This document shows positions 1 through 13,919 of a stretch of DNA of 64,000 bases, piece by piece. The DNA comes from Octopus bimaculoides (Eukaryota), in NCBI RefSeq assembly GCF_001194135.2, contig NC_068988.1:44646216-44710215 (forward strand), written 5' to 3'. Both the position numbers and the translations under genes were made by a program. Numbering within the stretch: position 1 is the first letter of the stretch; the number at the start of each line of letters is the position of its first letter. The notes below the pieces were generated by a model. The model ran no database searches, was not told where the DNA came from, and worked only from the letters and a program-made list of their open reading frames with translations.

Positions 1-68
1 ATATATATGTGTCCGTTTGTCTGTCCTTGTTTGTCCCCTCTGTGTGTAGCCCCTTGTGGGTAGTAAAG

Positions 69-74
<6 letters not shown>
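1..74 (+). mobile_element. 3' end of tRNA-derived SINE family B
   Basis: CCGTTTGTCTGTCCTTGTTTGTCCCCTCTGTGTGTAGCCCCTTGTGGGTAGTAAAGAAATA is the reverse complement of the tail of the intact copy at 13403-13635. Confidence 0.8.
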
Positions 75-126
<52 letters not shown>

Positions 127-149
127 CAAATATATATATATGTATTCAT

Positions 150-527
150 TTATTCAATTACTTGTTTCAGTTATTTGACTGCGGCCATGTGGGAGCACTG
201 CTTTTAGGTGAACAAATTGACACAAAACTTATTCTTTGTAAGCCTAGTACTTATTCTATCGGTCTCTTTTGTTGAACTGCTAAGTGACAGTGATGTAAAC
301 ACACCAACATCGGTTGTCAAGTGATGGTGGGGGACAAGCACAGACTCACCCCCACCCACACATATATGTATGATAGACTTCTTTCAGTTTCCGCCTATCA
401 AATCCACTCACAAGGCTTTGGTCGAACTGAGGCTGTAGTAGAAGACACCTGCCCAAGGTGACACACAGTGGAACTGAACCCGGAATTGTGTGGTTGGGAA
501 GCAAGCTACTTACCACACAGCGTCACT
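150..527 (-). mobile_element. tRNA-derived SINE family A (internal microsatellite type)
   Basis: Same head, body and tail as the copies at 8101, 15045, 26672 and 41640. The minus-strand head has A-box-like CTGTGTGG and B-box-like GGTTCAGTTCC. Confidence 0.85.
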
Positions 528-556
528 ATACATATATATATATATATATATATAAC

Positions 557-877
557 AGAGCATCCCGTCGGTTACGACGACGAGGGTCCCAGCTGATACG
601 ATCAACGTAACAGCCTGCTCGTGAAATTAACATGCAAGTGACGGAGCAATCCACAGACACGTGTACCCCCAACGTAATTCTCAGGGAGATTCAGCGTGAC
701 ACAGAGTGATAAGGCTGGCCTTTTGAATTACAGGTACTACTCATTTTTGCCAGCTGAGTGGACTGGAGCAACGTGAAATAAAGTGTCTTGCTCAAGGACA
801 CAACGCGTCACTGGGAATTGAACTCAACCTTACGATCGTAAGACGAATGCCCTAACCACTAAGCCACACGCCTTCAC
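557..877 (-). mobile_element. tRNA-derived SINE family C, near full length
   Basis: Minus-strand head GTGAAGGCGTGTGGCTTAGTGGTTAGGGCA...GAGTTCAATTCCCAG (A and B boxes). The body is shared with 7965, 38100 and 59536. Confidence 0.85.
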
Positions 878-2574
878 TATATATCATCATCATCATCATC
901 ATCATCATCCTCGTTTAACGTCTGCTTTCCATGAAAATGCATTAAATTTTTATACATATTTATAGTTGTTTGAATAAAATAACTTTTACATTTTAATATC
1001 AGATGTGAATATATTTTCCTTATATATGTCTGTGTGTGTGTATGTGTGTGTGTGCATTTGTGCGTGTGTGTGTTGTATATATATATATGTATATACATAT
1101 GTTTATATATATATATATATATATATATNNNNNNNNNNNNNNNNNNNNNNNNNNNNNNNNNNNNNNNNNNNNNNNNNNNNNNNNNNNNNNNNNNNNNNNN
1201 NNNNNNNNNNNNNNNNNNNNNNNNNNNNNNNNNNNNNNNNNNNNNNNNNNNNNNNNNNNNNNNNNNNNNNNNNNNNNNNNNNNNNNNNNNNNNNNNNNNN
1301 NNNNNNNNNNNNNNNNNNNNNNNNNNNNNNNNNNNNNNNNNNNNNNNNNNNNNNNNNNNNNNNNNNNNNNNNNNNNNNNNNNNNNNNNNNNNNNNNNNNN
1401 NNNNNNNNNNNNNNNNNNNNNNNNNNNNNNNNNNNNNNNNNNNNNNNNNNNNNNNNNNNNNNNNNNNNNNNNNNNNNNNNNNNNNNNNNNNNNNNNNNNN
1501 NNNNNNNNNNNNNNNNNNNNNNNNNNNNNNNNNNNNNNNNNNNNNNNNNNNNNNNNNNNNNNNNNNNNNNNNNNNNNNNNNNNNNNNNNNNNNNNNNNNN
1601 NNNNNNNNNNNNNNNNNNNNNNNNNNNNNNNNNNNNNNNNNNNNNNNNNNNNNNNNNNNNNNNNNNNNNNNNNNNNNNNNNNNNNNNNNNNNNNNNNNNN
1701 NNNNNNNNNNNNNNNNNNNNNNNNNNNNNNNNNNNNNNNNTATATAAGTGAAAGTAAGGACACAAAAATATGTTTCCCCATAACAAATGTTTTCATATAT
1801 TTTTATTGAACAAATATCAATGTAAATTTTTAGAAGGTGAGTTTTACACGCAAATTCCAAAACAAAAACGACAAAAAGAAAAGAAAAATAGTGGTGAGAC
1901 AAAAATATTCCATGTTACTTCATGATGCTCATTAAAAAAATATAGTTTCCATATAAAAAGCTTTAGTGAATAAATTTTAGTGCATGTTGTAACTAAAAGA
2001 CATTGCACAGTAGAAGATTCATATTTTAGTAACTGAGGCTGGTTTTGCTGTCATTCAGCTTATAAAAGTTCAAAGTGTTTTTTCAATTGATTTTAAGACG
2101 ATGTGGTGAGTTCACATGTGATTAGTTAAATAAGTGGTTATGTCACTTATATCATTTCCAAGACAACTTTTCGTTTGTATATCTTTTGCTACATGTGTTC
2201 TCTTAATGAGGGTGCACGTTGATTAACATTTACAGAAAATATTTCTATTTATGCAGAATATTGATGTTTTTTTAAGAGAGAGAAGGATGTTTAATAAAAA
2301 ATATAAAGAAACAAAGCGCCAGATTTCTGATTTTATAAAAAAAAAAAAAGTGGGTATTCTGTTACCAGAAACTGTCTACCTAGTTTTCTGATGTTCTTAA
2401 TGTAACTATTATTGGTGTTGGTGAGGTTGCTGTTTATTTAGCCAATCCAAATCCAGTGTAATGATCCAGTAAACCTATCTTGAGTGTATACCTCTGTTTC
2501 AGTCCTCATATATTATCACGTAATGTTTATATAGCTGCACACACATCATATACACACTCACGTGTATGTATTTT

Positions 2575-3262
2575 CTTTTTCTTCTTTACTCATTTCAGTT
2601 GTTAGACTGTGGCCATGCTGGTGATCCACCTTGAAGCGTTTTAGTTGAACAAATTGACTCCAGGATTTATTTTCTTAAGCCAAGTACTTATTCTATTGGT
2701 CTCTTTTGCTGAAACGCTAAGTTACGGAAACATAAACACACCAACACCAGTTGTTAAGTTGTGATGGTGGGGGACAAACACAGACCCAAAAACACGCACA
2801 CATAAATACATACATAGATGCATACATACATGCATGCATGCATATATAATGCATACAAACATACATACATACATATATAAATATATATACAAAATGAAGA
2901 GGAATGACCACCAAGGTGGACTCCTAATATACTAAAGATAGACGTCAAATCGCCTTACCACGAAGAGTGTGTTCTCAAGAAAAATTTCAGCAAAATGCCA
3001 GAACGTAAAATTAAGCAAGACAAATGAAAATATACGAAATAAAAAACGATTACCTACGTACCAATGGTTTCTCTTGTTAATATTTACGAATGTATATATC
3101 TGCAAGCTCATTAGCGTAGTCTGTTTCTTACAAAACCACTCTCTAGGCTTTGGTAGGCCCAAGGCTATAGCAGAAGACACTTGCTCCAAGATGCCATGCG
3201 GTGGGACTTAACCTGGAACCATGTGGTTGAGAAGCAAGCTTCTTACCATACAGCCACACCTA
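2575..3262 (-). mobile_element. SINE family A copy split by a ~220-bp insertion (about 2890-3115) in its internal microsatellite
   Basis: The 3' half (2575-2800) and 5' half (3115-3262) match family A and are separated by (TACA)n plus unrelated sequence. Confidence 0.75.
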
Positions 3263-3496
3263 TGGCTATACATATACATATATACATTTGTATATGCATA
3301 CATACAGACACCTTGGTGTGTCAGCATACATATATTCACAAAACAATGCACAAGAAAACATTCATATAAACACATGAACAAATATATTTCAGTTCATTAC
3401 CAATCAGAAAATTCTTACCACTTAATAAAATTTTGTATTATTGTTATCAACTGGAAGAACGTTATGTGTATATAGTTAGTGGTGTGAGCTAATTAA

Positions 3497-4480
3497 AGTG
3501 TAATACATTAAGTTTCAGTTTGTATTTTTTAATAAAGTATATTTCTCTTTTGCTTTGTTACTGGTGCATTGTTGAGTTACCGCAGTGCTAGATTTGGAAG
3601 ACTGAATAGTTCGGTAAGACCAATTTCTTATATGTTCATTCAGGGTTATTTTTCTTGTGTATGGTTCTCAGATTTGCTGGCGATGTACTGTCATTTTTTC
3701 TGAGTATCGCACGTGCTTTTCTGATGTAGTGTTCTTGGCAACCTTTAAAAGTTATAATGTATATTAGGTTGTCCAAGTTGTTACAGAAATTGTTTTTAAT
3801 TTTGAAGGTAGGACCCTTTTAGAAGATAAATTTGGGACCCTTCAATAGGTAGCTATATGTTCCACAGTCTAGCTGGTTGCATTTACTGACTTTAGGATGT
3901 ATCATTTGTGGATGTAATTTTGTGTCGGTCAATATCCTTTTTAGTGATTCGTTTGCTTCTTGCTTTTTAGATATTTTCCCAAGACTTTTTTGTCCTGTAA
4001 TGATATTGATAGGTTTATAAATATGTTGACGAAAATTTCGGTGCTCTTTGGGTTAAAGATTGAAATATATGGAGTAGCAAGTTTTCTTTTTGTTTCTTTA
4101 TTTTTTGTATTTTGCTGTTTGAAACTTTTAGATGTTAATTTCTTTGACATTCTTAATTCCAAGGTCAGTCAACTTTATGGGGTATTTTCTCATGATAAGT
4201 ATTTTTTCATTTCATCTAGTCTTCGGTCTCTTTCTCAGGCTTTGACGGCGTGCTTCAAATGACATGATGTAAAATGGAGGTATTTTTGTAAGTCAATGAG
4301 TTTAAAATATATGACAGCTCCTAGTATTGTATTTCTTTTGCTGTTAGAATGGCTAGGAAGTGGAGTTTTAGTTATTGAATTCGATGTTGAATTGAATATC
4401 AAGACTTATGTCAAGACTTGTGTTTATTAAATTTTGGAATCGCTTCAATCTGTCAGTTTTTCTCTCCCAAAAATGAAACA
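3497..4480 (-). pseudogene. Penelope-like element relic (RT thumb, linker, GIY-YIG endonuclease)
   Basis: Minus-strand translation gives NLDNLIYIITFKGCQEHYIR (GIY-YIG-like, 3721-3780), the linker PYISIFNPKSTEIF (ORF 3941-4162) and a C-terminal EIYFIKKYKLKLN. Stops and frameshifts are present. Confidence 0.8.
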
Positions 4481-5200
4481 AGGATCTAGAAACCTCTCCT
4501 AGACTATTAACTGCTGAATTAACGTCGAAATAATTTTGAGAATTTTTCGTATATTTTCAGCTCATGGTATCACATGACTAAGTTGGCGTATGTCGGGGAA
4601 ACTTTTGTTTTCATGGCCGTTCATGTCTTTTGTCAATAGACTATGTCAACATGTTAAACTATTATAGTCTGTTCGCATAATCTTACAAAAAATGCTTATA
4701 GTACTTTAGCATTTATGAGGGGAGTGCACACCATCTTATTATACCTCCTTCCTCAGCATACATAACCCACACCTTATATATGTCTTATTTAATGACTGTG
4801 TTATATTCAAGAAACATGTTTAAAATTATATAAACGAAAAATTCTTCTAGAATGATGAAGGAAATGTAAAGTCTCCATTTGCAATGTGTGGATGACACAA
4901 AAGCATAGAAATTGTGCACCACCCTGGTGGCTGATCGCTGTTATATAAAACATCGCAACCAATTATATGAGTTTTATATCCTGCACGGCAATTCTTTTAA
5001 CTGGAATAAATATAACACGTATAAAGATGATCTGAAAAGAAAGATGAAGTTGAAATGCAGAACTTCATAACATAATCGATTTTTTATAAATTTATGATTT
5101 CATACGTTAGTTCAGTCTACTGTCACAGTATTCCATTCACATGTATCATATATTTTTCCCTTACAAAAACTCTTTAACACATACATACATGCACATACAT

Positions 5201-5276
<76 letters not shown>

Positions 5277-5456
5277 NNNNNNNNNNACGCACACACAAGT
5301 GAGTAAACATATAAATGAAAGTAGTGCTCAACATATTTAGGTGGAGTCATATGTATTTAATAATAATTTAACTCAGCTCTGAACATCTGATGATGTTGTG
5401 TTCTATGCCCACGAAACTTTAGCTAATGTGAAGCTGAGCCAAACTGTCATGAAATA

Positions 5457-5493
<37 letters not shown>

Positions 5494-6174
5494 AATGTGT
5501 GTGCGTGCGTGCGTGCGTGCGTGTGTGGGTGTGTTAACATAAAATGAAAAGTATATGTATATATATTTACAGATCATTACCAAAATTTCTATTTATATTT
5601 TCTACCACCACTCTTTCATCTCCATCCTTTCAGTATTTTATGGATAAGTATGTTTATCAAAATTTGTGTTTATACATTCACCAACACACTAATACATGCA
5701 CACACACGCACGCATGCGCAGAAATACACATACACCATATATAAGTATACGTTATACAAGCAGGTGTCTGAAATGTCTTGGTATATCATTCAAACACTTG
5801 GGTAGGAGGTTGCTGCTAAGAAGACAGAAGCCATTTAACTTTTTTCTACAGTTAGAATTTGATAAATTGAACGTTAATCTCTGTTGGTACTTGTCATTTG
5901 TTCTCTACCATTGTTCAATATCTATACCCCTGCCTCTTCTCCACTGAGATTTTAAATTAAAAAAAAAAAATTCAACGCGGTATCTAATAATGAACAGGTG
6001 TTCTTCAAAACTTATTTATCATTTCATTTCTTTTATTTATCGAAATTTTCCAGTATTCTCCCATTAAAGCAACTAAAATGAAGAAATGTTATTCTACTCT
6101 TTTAGAAAACGCACAAACATATATATTTATGAGTGTATGTATGTGTGTGTACACATATATGTATGTATATATGC

Positions 6175-6218
<44 letters not shown>

Positions 6219-6238
6219 ATATATATACATATATATGC

Positions 6239-6269
<31 letters not shown>

Positions 6270-6771
6270 NNNNNNNNNNNNNNNNNNNNNNNNNNNNNNN
6301 NNNNNNNNNNNNNNNNNNNNNNNNNNNNNNNNNNNNNNNNNNNNNNNNNNNNNNNNNNNNNNNNNNNNNNNNNNNNNNNNNNNNNNNNNNNNNNNNNNNN
6401 NNNNNNNNNNNNNNNNNNNNNNNNNNNNNNNNNNNNNNNNNNNNNNNNNNNNNNNNNNNNNNNNNNNNNNNNNNNNNNNNNNNNNNNNNNNNNNNNNNNN
6501 NNNNNNNNNNNNNNNNNNNNNNNNNNNNNNNNNNNNNNNNNNNNNNNNNNNNNNNNNNNNNNNNNNNNNNNNNNNNNNNNNNNNNNNNNNNNNNNNNNNN
6601 NNNNNNNNNNNNNNNNNNNNNNNNNNNNNNNNNNNNNNNNNNNNNNNNNNNNNNNNNNNNNNNNNNNNNNNNNNNNNNNNNNNNNNNNNNNNNNNNNNNN
6701 NNNNNNNNNNNNNNNNNNNNNNNNNNNNNNNNNNNNNNNNNNNNNNNNNNNNNNNNNNNNNNNNNNNNNNN

Positions 6772-6806
<35 letters not shown>

Positions 6807-7269
6807 GATAGATATATAGACACACATCCACGCACGGACATATGCATACACACACATACGCTCAGACAGACATAAAGACAAGTTTCTCCACTGTTCTTTG
6901 TTTATCACTATCCGTCTCCCTGTTTTTCATGCCATCAGTTTTAACTATTATTATTGAAAGTCTGGAAATTTCGAAACAAACAATGAAGACATTGTTGTAT
7001 TGGTGACGGAGATGTTGTTTGTGTTTGAGAAGACTGTCTAGCATATGTTGTGATGCAAATATTGATCTATTACATTGTTATAAGGACATTTTTTTGTCGG
7101 CATAGGGTACATTTGTAATTAATTAATTCAACACCATTATATTATTGCTATTTATTTCGTTGACCCTAGACAGAGGAAAGTCAAAGTTGACACTGGCAAG
7201 GTTTGAACTAATTCTGTAAAGCTATCTATGAAAATACTACAATGGATTTAGTAGTGTTTTACCATTTCT

Positions 7270-7750
7270 GTTACTGACCACTCGGTACCACCACCACCAT
7301 CATCATCATCATCGTTATTATCTTCATTGTAATCATCATCATCATCACCATTACTACCGAACCACCCTTCCAAACCACCACTACCACCACCACCACCACC
7401 ACTACNNNNNNNNNNNNNNNTACCACCACCACCACTAGCCACACCACTCTCATCACCATCGCCACCACCACTGCCGTAGCCACTGTCACCACTGCCACCA
7501 CGCTGTTTCCACTGCCGCCACCATCACCACTGCCGCCAGTGCCGCTACTGCCGGCGGTAGCGGTAGTGCCGGCGTTACCGCCGCTGCTACTGTTGCCACC
7601 GTTGCTGCTGTCATATCTGCTGCCAACAGCACCACTACCACCAGCAGCAGCAACACCACCACCATCATCCACCACACCCAACAGCACCACCACCACCACA
7701 GTCATCGTCAATATCATCATTATTGTCATTATCATTGTCATCATCTTCTT
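7270..7750. repeat. Degenerate (CAC/CAT/GCC)n trinucleotide low-complexity tract
   Basis: Direct inspection; it explains the poly-G/V/D ORFs. Confidence 0.85.
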
Positions 7751-7964
7751 TGTCCATTTTTACATGCATGCATGGGTTAGATGGAATTAATCGAGGCAGA
7801 CTTTCTATGATTGGATGCCCTTCCTGTCAATAACCCTCACCTGTTTCCAAGTAAGTTTATACTTTCCCTAGCTAGACATGCTTTCATAGATTATTGAAAA
7901 AGGAATGACACATTATATCATAATGATATTGCATGATGTCAAGATAAGGAAACACAACCAAGCA

Positions 7965-8100
7965 CCTATGTGACTTAGTGGTTAGGGTGTTGGACACATG
8001 ATCGTAAAACTGTGGTTTCGATTCCTGGACCGGTGTTCTTGAGCAAAACATTTCATTTTATGCTGCTCCAATCCACTCAGCTGGCAAAAATGACTAATAT
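7965..8100 (+). mobile_element. SINE family C 5' part
   Basis: GTGACTTAGTGGTTAGGG...GGTTTCGATTCC...CCACTCAGCTGGCAAAAATG matches the reverse complement of 557-877. Confidence 0.75.
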
Positions 8101-8263
8101 AGGCGCAGGTGTGGCTGTGTGGTAAGTAGCTTGCTTAACAATCATATGGTTCTGGGTTCAGTCCCACTGCGTGGCACCTTGGGCAAGTGTCTTCTATTAT
8201 AGCTTCGATCCGACCAGAGATTGTGAGTGGATTTGGTAGACGGAAACTGAAAGAAGCCTGTCG

Positions 8264-8297
<34 letters not shown>

Positions 8298-8482
8298 TAT
8301 ATACATGTATGTATATATTTATGTGTTTGTGTTTGTCCCCACCATCGCTTGACAGTCGATGTTGGTATGTTTTTACGTCCCCATAACTTAGCGGTTTGTC
8401 CTGGGGTTGATTTGTTCGACTAAAGACGGTGCTCCAGCATGGCCGTAGTCAAATGACTAAAACAAATAAAAGAATAAAAGAA
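8101..8482 (+). mobile_element. SINE family A, full length
   Basis: A box TGGCTGTGTGG, B box GGTTCAGTCCC, internal (TA)(CA)n and tail AAACAAATAAAAGAATAAAAGA. Confidence 0.9.
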
Positions 8483-9751
8483 TCCTGCAATGGACCACTG
8501 TCCTGTTCAGGTGGGGAATTTATAAGCCATGGTAATCGGGAAATCGGTCCTTATGAGTCGGCATGACCCAAGAAGTTAACTCTAACTTTTTTAAGATCTG
8601 CATACATGCTCCCTCAATGGATTGACCCTCTCTTATGATTTGGTGTTGGTGTAAAAGTTAATTGTGTGATACTATAAAAATCTGATAAAACTGAAAGGTT
8701 TCTGTAATGTATTTTTCATCCTTTGGTCAGGAGAGAAGAAAGTAACTGTGACCCATTTCAGGGTTTATAAGACATGTGGGTGAGAAGTATCTTCCAACTG
8801 AAAACCTGCGCCCAAATGCCTACAATAAAGTGGACCTTTCTAAAAGTCCTCAAAGTGTCAAGTAGTGCTTGTTAAATCAAGTGAAATATTTACGTTACCA
8901 CATAAGCAAGTCAAGGTGAGATTTGAACTTAGAATGCAGAGACCCAGGACAAATACTGAAATGTGCTTGATCCAACGTTCTTCTAGCAGTTTTTGCCAAT
9001 CCACCACCTTTGATTGGTACGTTTTTATTGACTCCAAAAGGATAAGATAACTTTGGCAAGATTTGAACTCAAAATGTAGAGGTTGAAACAAATACCATAA
9101 ATAATTATTTTCGACACTCTAATGATTCTGTCAATTAGTCACCTTAATGTGTTACATTGTAGTGATATTATCATAATAAAAATGAGGATATTTTAATTTG
9201 ACAAAAATGTATTGTGATTGTAATTATACAACGTTATACAATGTTAATAAATCATTATAATAATTCTTAATACATTCGACCGTGAATCTGAATGACTAAT
9301 GAGCCACAAACTGTTGCTACATTCATCAGTCCACAGGAGCTGTGACTGAGCAAACACAACAATGCTGAAATGTCCCAAAATCCCTGTACAATAATGAATG
9401 GAATACGTTATGAACACCCATTCATTTGAAAGTTGTTCTTCAATGATGAAATACAACAATGATTAGCATATTCATGATTGAATCTGCTGTAACATATTAA
9501 GAGTGAATATGTATGTCATCATTATATTATATTGTTTTGTCATTGATACCCTGCTGGGTTTGTAATGTGGTTATGTCATTATACAGTTGATTTTGTGATG
9601 TCACAATATTATTACAAAATTCATTTTATAATACAGTGACACTATTCTGTTGATTACATAATATTAATTTTATAGAATGGTAATTTGTAATATAGTCAAC
9701 TGGTTCTATGATATGACAAAATTACAAAATTAATTTTACATGTGTATGATA

Positions 9752-9797
<46 letters not shown>

Positions 9798-9896
9798 AAT
9801 ATATAAAATTAATTTGTTGATTCTATCAAAGAGTGATAAAACAATATGACGTTTTTAGTATAATGATGTAATTCAATTGGTTTGGTGATGTGATAA

Positions 9897-10406
9897 TCTA
9901 TACATATAAATTTGACATGGGCGATTCTTTCCTGCCTTGGGATTCACGGTGAAACGGCTGGGTGGAATTGCACGAAAAATTACACATATATGTAGAATGA
10001 TCCGGTGGTGATGCAGGGCTTTGCAATTTTTTCATAGCTCCAATGGTTACCGAGATAATCTACTATAATAATACTCTTGTGAGTTTTTCAACTGTGTGAA
10101 TATATGTGTATGTGTGTAAAAGGAGGGTATGTAATGTGTGTGTGTTTGTGTGTGTGCGCGTGCGCACAATGAAAGTGGGATGGTTCATCTTTGTTCCTTT
10201 AGTATTTGAGTTTATTTTTTTGATTTGGTTGAATTTTGGTTGTTTTTTTGTTGGTCAGTTATTTTTAGCGTTTTGACAGAAAAAAAATGTCATTCTAAAA
10301 TTGTTTTTTAACGTAAGCGTGCCCAAACAAGTCGAATGCTTACACAGAGCAGGTTTTACAGCCACATCATCCAAACCGACCGGGTGAAACCGGGTTTTGC
10401 TGCTAG
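9897..10406 (+). mobile_element. Non-autonomous Helitron
   Basis: Starts A|TCTATACATATAAA (9896|9897) and ends with the imperfect hairpin CCGGGTGAAACCGGG about 8 nt before CTAG|T (10403-10407). No TSD. These are canonical Helitron termini. Confidence 0.7.
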
Positions 10407-10776
10407 TATGTACTATAAAACTGACTTTTTGCATTGACTCATGGTTCAAATATGTAGGATGTGCATATGTTATCAATTAGATTGATCCCAGTAGTCAACT
10501 AATATTCATTTCATTGACCCCAGTATATAGCTACAGTCCTTAACATTCTGAGTTCAAATCTCAATGGGGGTGGGGCGGTCAGCTTCATATTTCATCCTTA
10601 GGGAGTTAATAAAATAAAGTGCAAGTCAAGTACAAGAGACAATTTAATCGATTTTGCCCTTCCCTAAGTCTTTGAAACATAAATCAATAATGTAATTTTG
10701 AGGAGTGTTTGACATATGGTGGATGGAGCTGTATTTAAATTGGCTTCATTTAAATTGCTAATATTGTATCATAAAT

Positions 10777-10990
10777 TAAGGCAGCAAGCTGGCAGAATCA
10801 TTATCACACCAGGTAAAATGCTTAAATGCATTTTGTCTGTTTTTACATTCTGAGTTCAAATTCTATTGAGGTCGACTTTGCCTTTCAAGGTTGATAACAT
10901 AATTACCGATTGAACACTGAGGCTCCATGTAATTGACTTACCCTTTCCCCAGAACTTGTGGACCTTGTGCCAAAATTTGAAACCAACATT
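10777..10990 (+). mobile_element. SINE family B, diverged
   Basis: TAAGGCAGCAAGCTGGCAGAATC...GAGTTCAAATTC...GGTCGACTTTGCCTTTCA...CCTTGTGCCAAAATTTGAAAC. Confidence 0.8.
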
Positions 10991-11119
10991 ATGTTGTAAA
11001 TGATTCTTGACTCCACACCATATACGTGAGTTAGTTATGCATGGGGCATAAGTGAATGCACAGGGAAAGTAGGCTAGACTTTTGAACATAACTGAAGTTG
11101 CAGTCTATAAATACCAAAG

Positions 11120-11520
11120 ATAAGTGGGTGTGGTATACTGAATGCATGAAAGAAAGTGTGTGTGGTTATATGTGCAAATTTGAAAGTAGGTGTGGTATTG
11201 TGAGTGTATGGGAAAAAGGCGAGATTATCTTGTGAAAGTAGGTTGAGTACACTGGGTATATTTAAAAAGTAGCTGTTAATTGTATAAAGAGAAAGTGAGA
11301 GTGGATAGGTTGCAAGAAGGTTGTCATTGCCCTAATTTATTCAATGGAGGTGTGGCTATGTTGAGCATATATAAAATGCAGAGTAGTTGTGCTGCAATAT
11401 TTTGGAATAGGTGGGGTTGTGACGAAGGTTCATAATAAGTGGTTGTTGCTGTGTTTAATATTCAATGTAAATGTATGTGGCCTAGGATATATAGATGAAT
11501 AAATGTGGTATTATGTTTAA
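11120..11520. repeat. Highly degenerate ~30-35 bp minisatellite
   Basis: Recurring AAAGTAG(G)TGTGGT(A)T-like motifs at roughly regular spacing. Confidence 0.4.
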
Positions 11521-11601
11521 TTCATTGGGAAATAAAATGTAGGTCTCTGATTACTAACTATAAAACATCACAAAAGAAAAGAAAATCCCACCCCGCCACC
11601 A

Positions 11602-11638
<37 letters not shown>

Positions 11639-12339
11639 TAAAACAAAAGAAAACATTAAAATATTTAGCTGCATTTTAATATGAATGAAATTAGTGGTGT
11701 GTAGATAGATATGTTGTAATGAATTCAGCAAGGAATAACAGGAAAATGAGCTTCAGTACCAATCCTAAAATTCTAATAGATCTGTGAGTGATATGGGTTA
11801 TGGATATGATAAATTAACCTGGCAGATTGTCCAAAAACTAGCATTTTATATATGTGGTCAGTGGTGGGGAAAAATTGTGAGGCTGGGAGGAGAGTAAAGT
11901 AAACCCATTCTTGCAAAACTGGTCTTTGACAAAAGAACTAAGCACAAAGACAGAGCAGTGTTTAATGGCTATCAATGATGAGAGTGAGAGAGCGAGAGTG
12001 AATGGGGGAAGGGCGGAGAGAGAGAGGGGGGAGAGAATATATATATATATCTATATGTGTGTGTATGCTGAGGAGGATAGCAATATTACAGTAGAAATGT
12101 TGGCAACACACCGTGGAGTAGCCAAACTGTGAAGACATTTAAAGAAACTGGCAAAACCTTTGATGTCTCTAACATCAAAGCATAACGTCTGTGATAATAG
12201 TTATGGTAGTAGTGATGGAGATGGTGATGGTGGTGGTAATAGTGGTGGTGGTTGTAACAGTAGTAGTAGTAGTAGTGGGGTTGGGTGGTTTTTATTGACT
12301 GAAAGGTTAATTGTAGGGTTGATCTATGTTGAAAATGTT

Positions 12340-12430
12340 ATTCTATGATGATGACGATGATGATGATGATAACAATGATGATGATAATAATAATAATAAT
12401 AATAATAATAGCAATAATAATAATAATAAT

Positions 12431-12471
<41 letters not shown>

Positions 12472-12556
12472 TAATAATAATAATGATGATAATGATAATG
12501 ATAATAATAATAATATTGGCGATGATAATTATGATGATGATGCTGACGATGATGAT

Positions 12557-12595
<39 letters not shown>

Positions 12596-12865
12596 TGTGT
12601 GATATATAGGTAAGCAATCAAGAGGAATGGATACTGCTAACGATGTCGATTGTTGCTTTGAAGTATTGTTGGACGCTATAGAGAATGAGCGGTAGAAATA
12701 AATAGAAAAGAAAAATGGAGGGGAAAAAAAGAAAAAAAACAAACAAACAAACAAAATGCATACAAAATGTTACTGATAATGATGAAGATGATGGTGAGGA
12801 TGATGATGATGATGATGATGAGGATGATGATGAGGATGATGATGATGATGATGATGATGATTAAA
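12340..12865. repeat. (GAT)n/(AAT)n microsatellites
   Basis: Direct inspection of 12345-12595 and 12780-12862. Confidence 0.95.
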
Positions 12866-13055
12866 CAATTATGATTTCTGGCTGAGGTAAGAAACTTTTT
12901 TCGAAATACTGTGAACTGCTATAGTTGAGTGACACAACTGAATGTATTATTGGTAATTATTTTAGCTTAGTGGTCACTGAACATAGAAAATGGAGCTTTA
13001 CCATTCACAGCACCCTACTACTACCTACACACACGCGTGCGCGCGCACAGTACAC

Positions 13056-13097
<42 letters not shown>

Positions 13098-13402
13098 NNN
13101 NNNNNNNNNNNNNNNNNNNNNNNNNNNNNNNNNNNNNNNNNNNNNNNNNNNNNNNNNNNNNNNNNNNNNNNNNNNNNNNNNNNNNNNNNNNNNNNNNNNN
13201 NNNNNNNNNNNNNNNNNNNNNNNNNNNNNNNNNNNNNNNNNNNNNNNNNNNNNNNNNNNNNNNNNNNNNNNNNNNNNNNNNNNNNNNNATTTATAGCAAA
13301 CCTCCCTATGAGGAGCTCATCTGTGCAACCTAACATCTCTCCTTCTTCCCTCTTTCTTCCCCTCCCTTCTCTCACTATCTCAGTTGCCGTTAGTTCTATA
13401 CC

Positions 13403-13635
13403 TATTTCTTTACTGCCCACAAGAGGCTACACACAGAGAGGACAAACAAGGACAGACAAACGGATTAAGTCGATTATATCGACCCCAGTGCGTAACTGGT
13501 ACTTAATTTATCGACCCCGAAAGGATGAAAGGTAAAGTCGACCTCGGCGGAATTTGAACTCAGAACGCAGTGGCAGACACAATACCGTTAAGCATTTCGC
13601 CCGGCGTGCTAACGATTCTGCCAGCTCGCCGCCTT
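13403..13635 (-). mobile_element. SINE family B, young full-length copy with TSD
   Basis: Minus-strand head AAGGCGGCGAGCTGGCAGAATCGTTAG...GAGTTCAAATTCCG and central CCTTTCATCCTTTCGGGGTCGATAAATTAAGTACCAG (resembles the Meta-domain of MetaSINEs from memory; unverified). CpGs are intact. Flanked by TAGTTCTATACC (13391-13402) and TAGTTCCATACC (13639-13650). Confidence 0.9.
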
Positions 13636-13919
13636 CAATAGTTCCATACCATCTCTAAATTTTAACATCTATTCACAAACCCAACAATAACGACTTCCCT
13701 TGAAATACTACCCATCCTCCCCTTTCCACATATCTCCCAAGTTTTTGCTTCTACTACAACTTCTCCCAGCACTGATCATCCAACCCCTCCATCTTCCTGT
13801 ACTACTTTGCTTCAACACTCCCCAAACACTCCCATCGATTTACGTGCTTGCCTCTCACTTCACCAATTCTACCTTTAAATTTCCTTGCATCATTGTCTGA
13901 AATGTTAAATTTTTATCTC

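Noticed and set aside
2955-2995. Possible hammerhead in the insert within SINE A (ACGAAGA-GTG...CAA-GAAA)
   Set aside because: Needs at least four core or stem changes; too degenerate to support.
7248-7790. Gly/Ser-rich and Pro/Leu-rich ORFs
   Set aside because: Degenerate trinucleotide repeat open in several frames on both strands; no splice or domain support.
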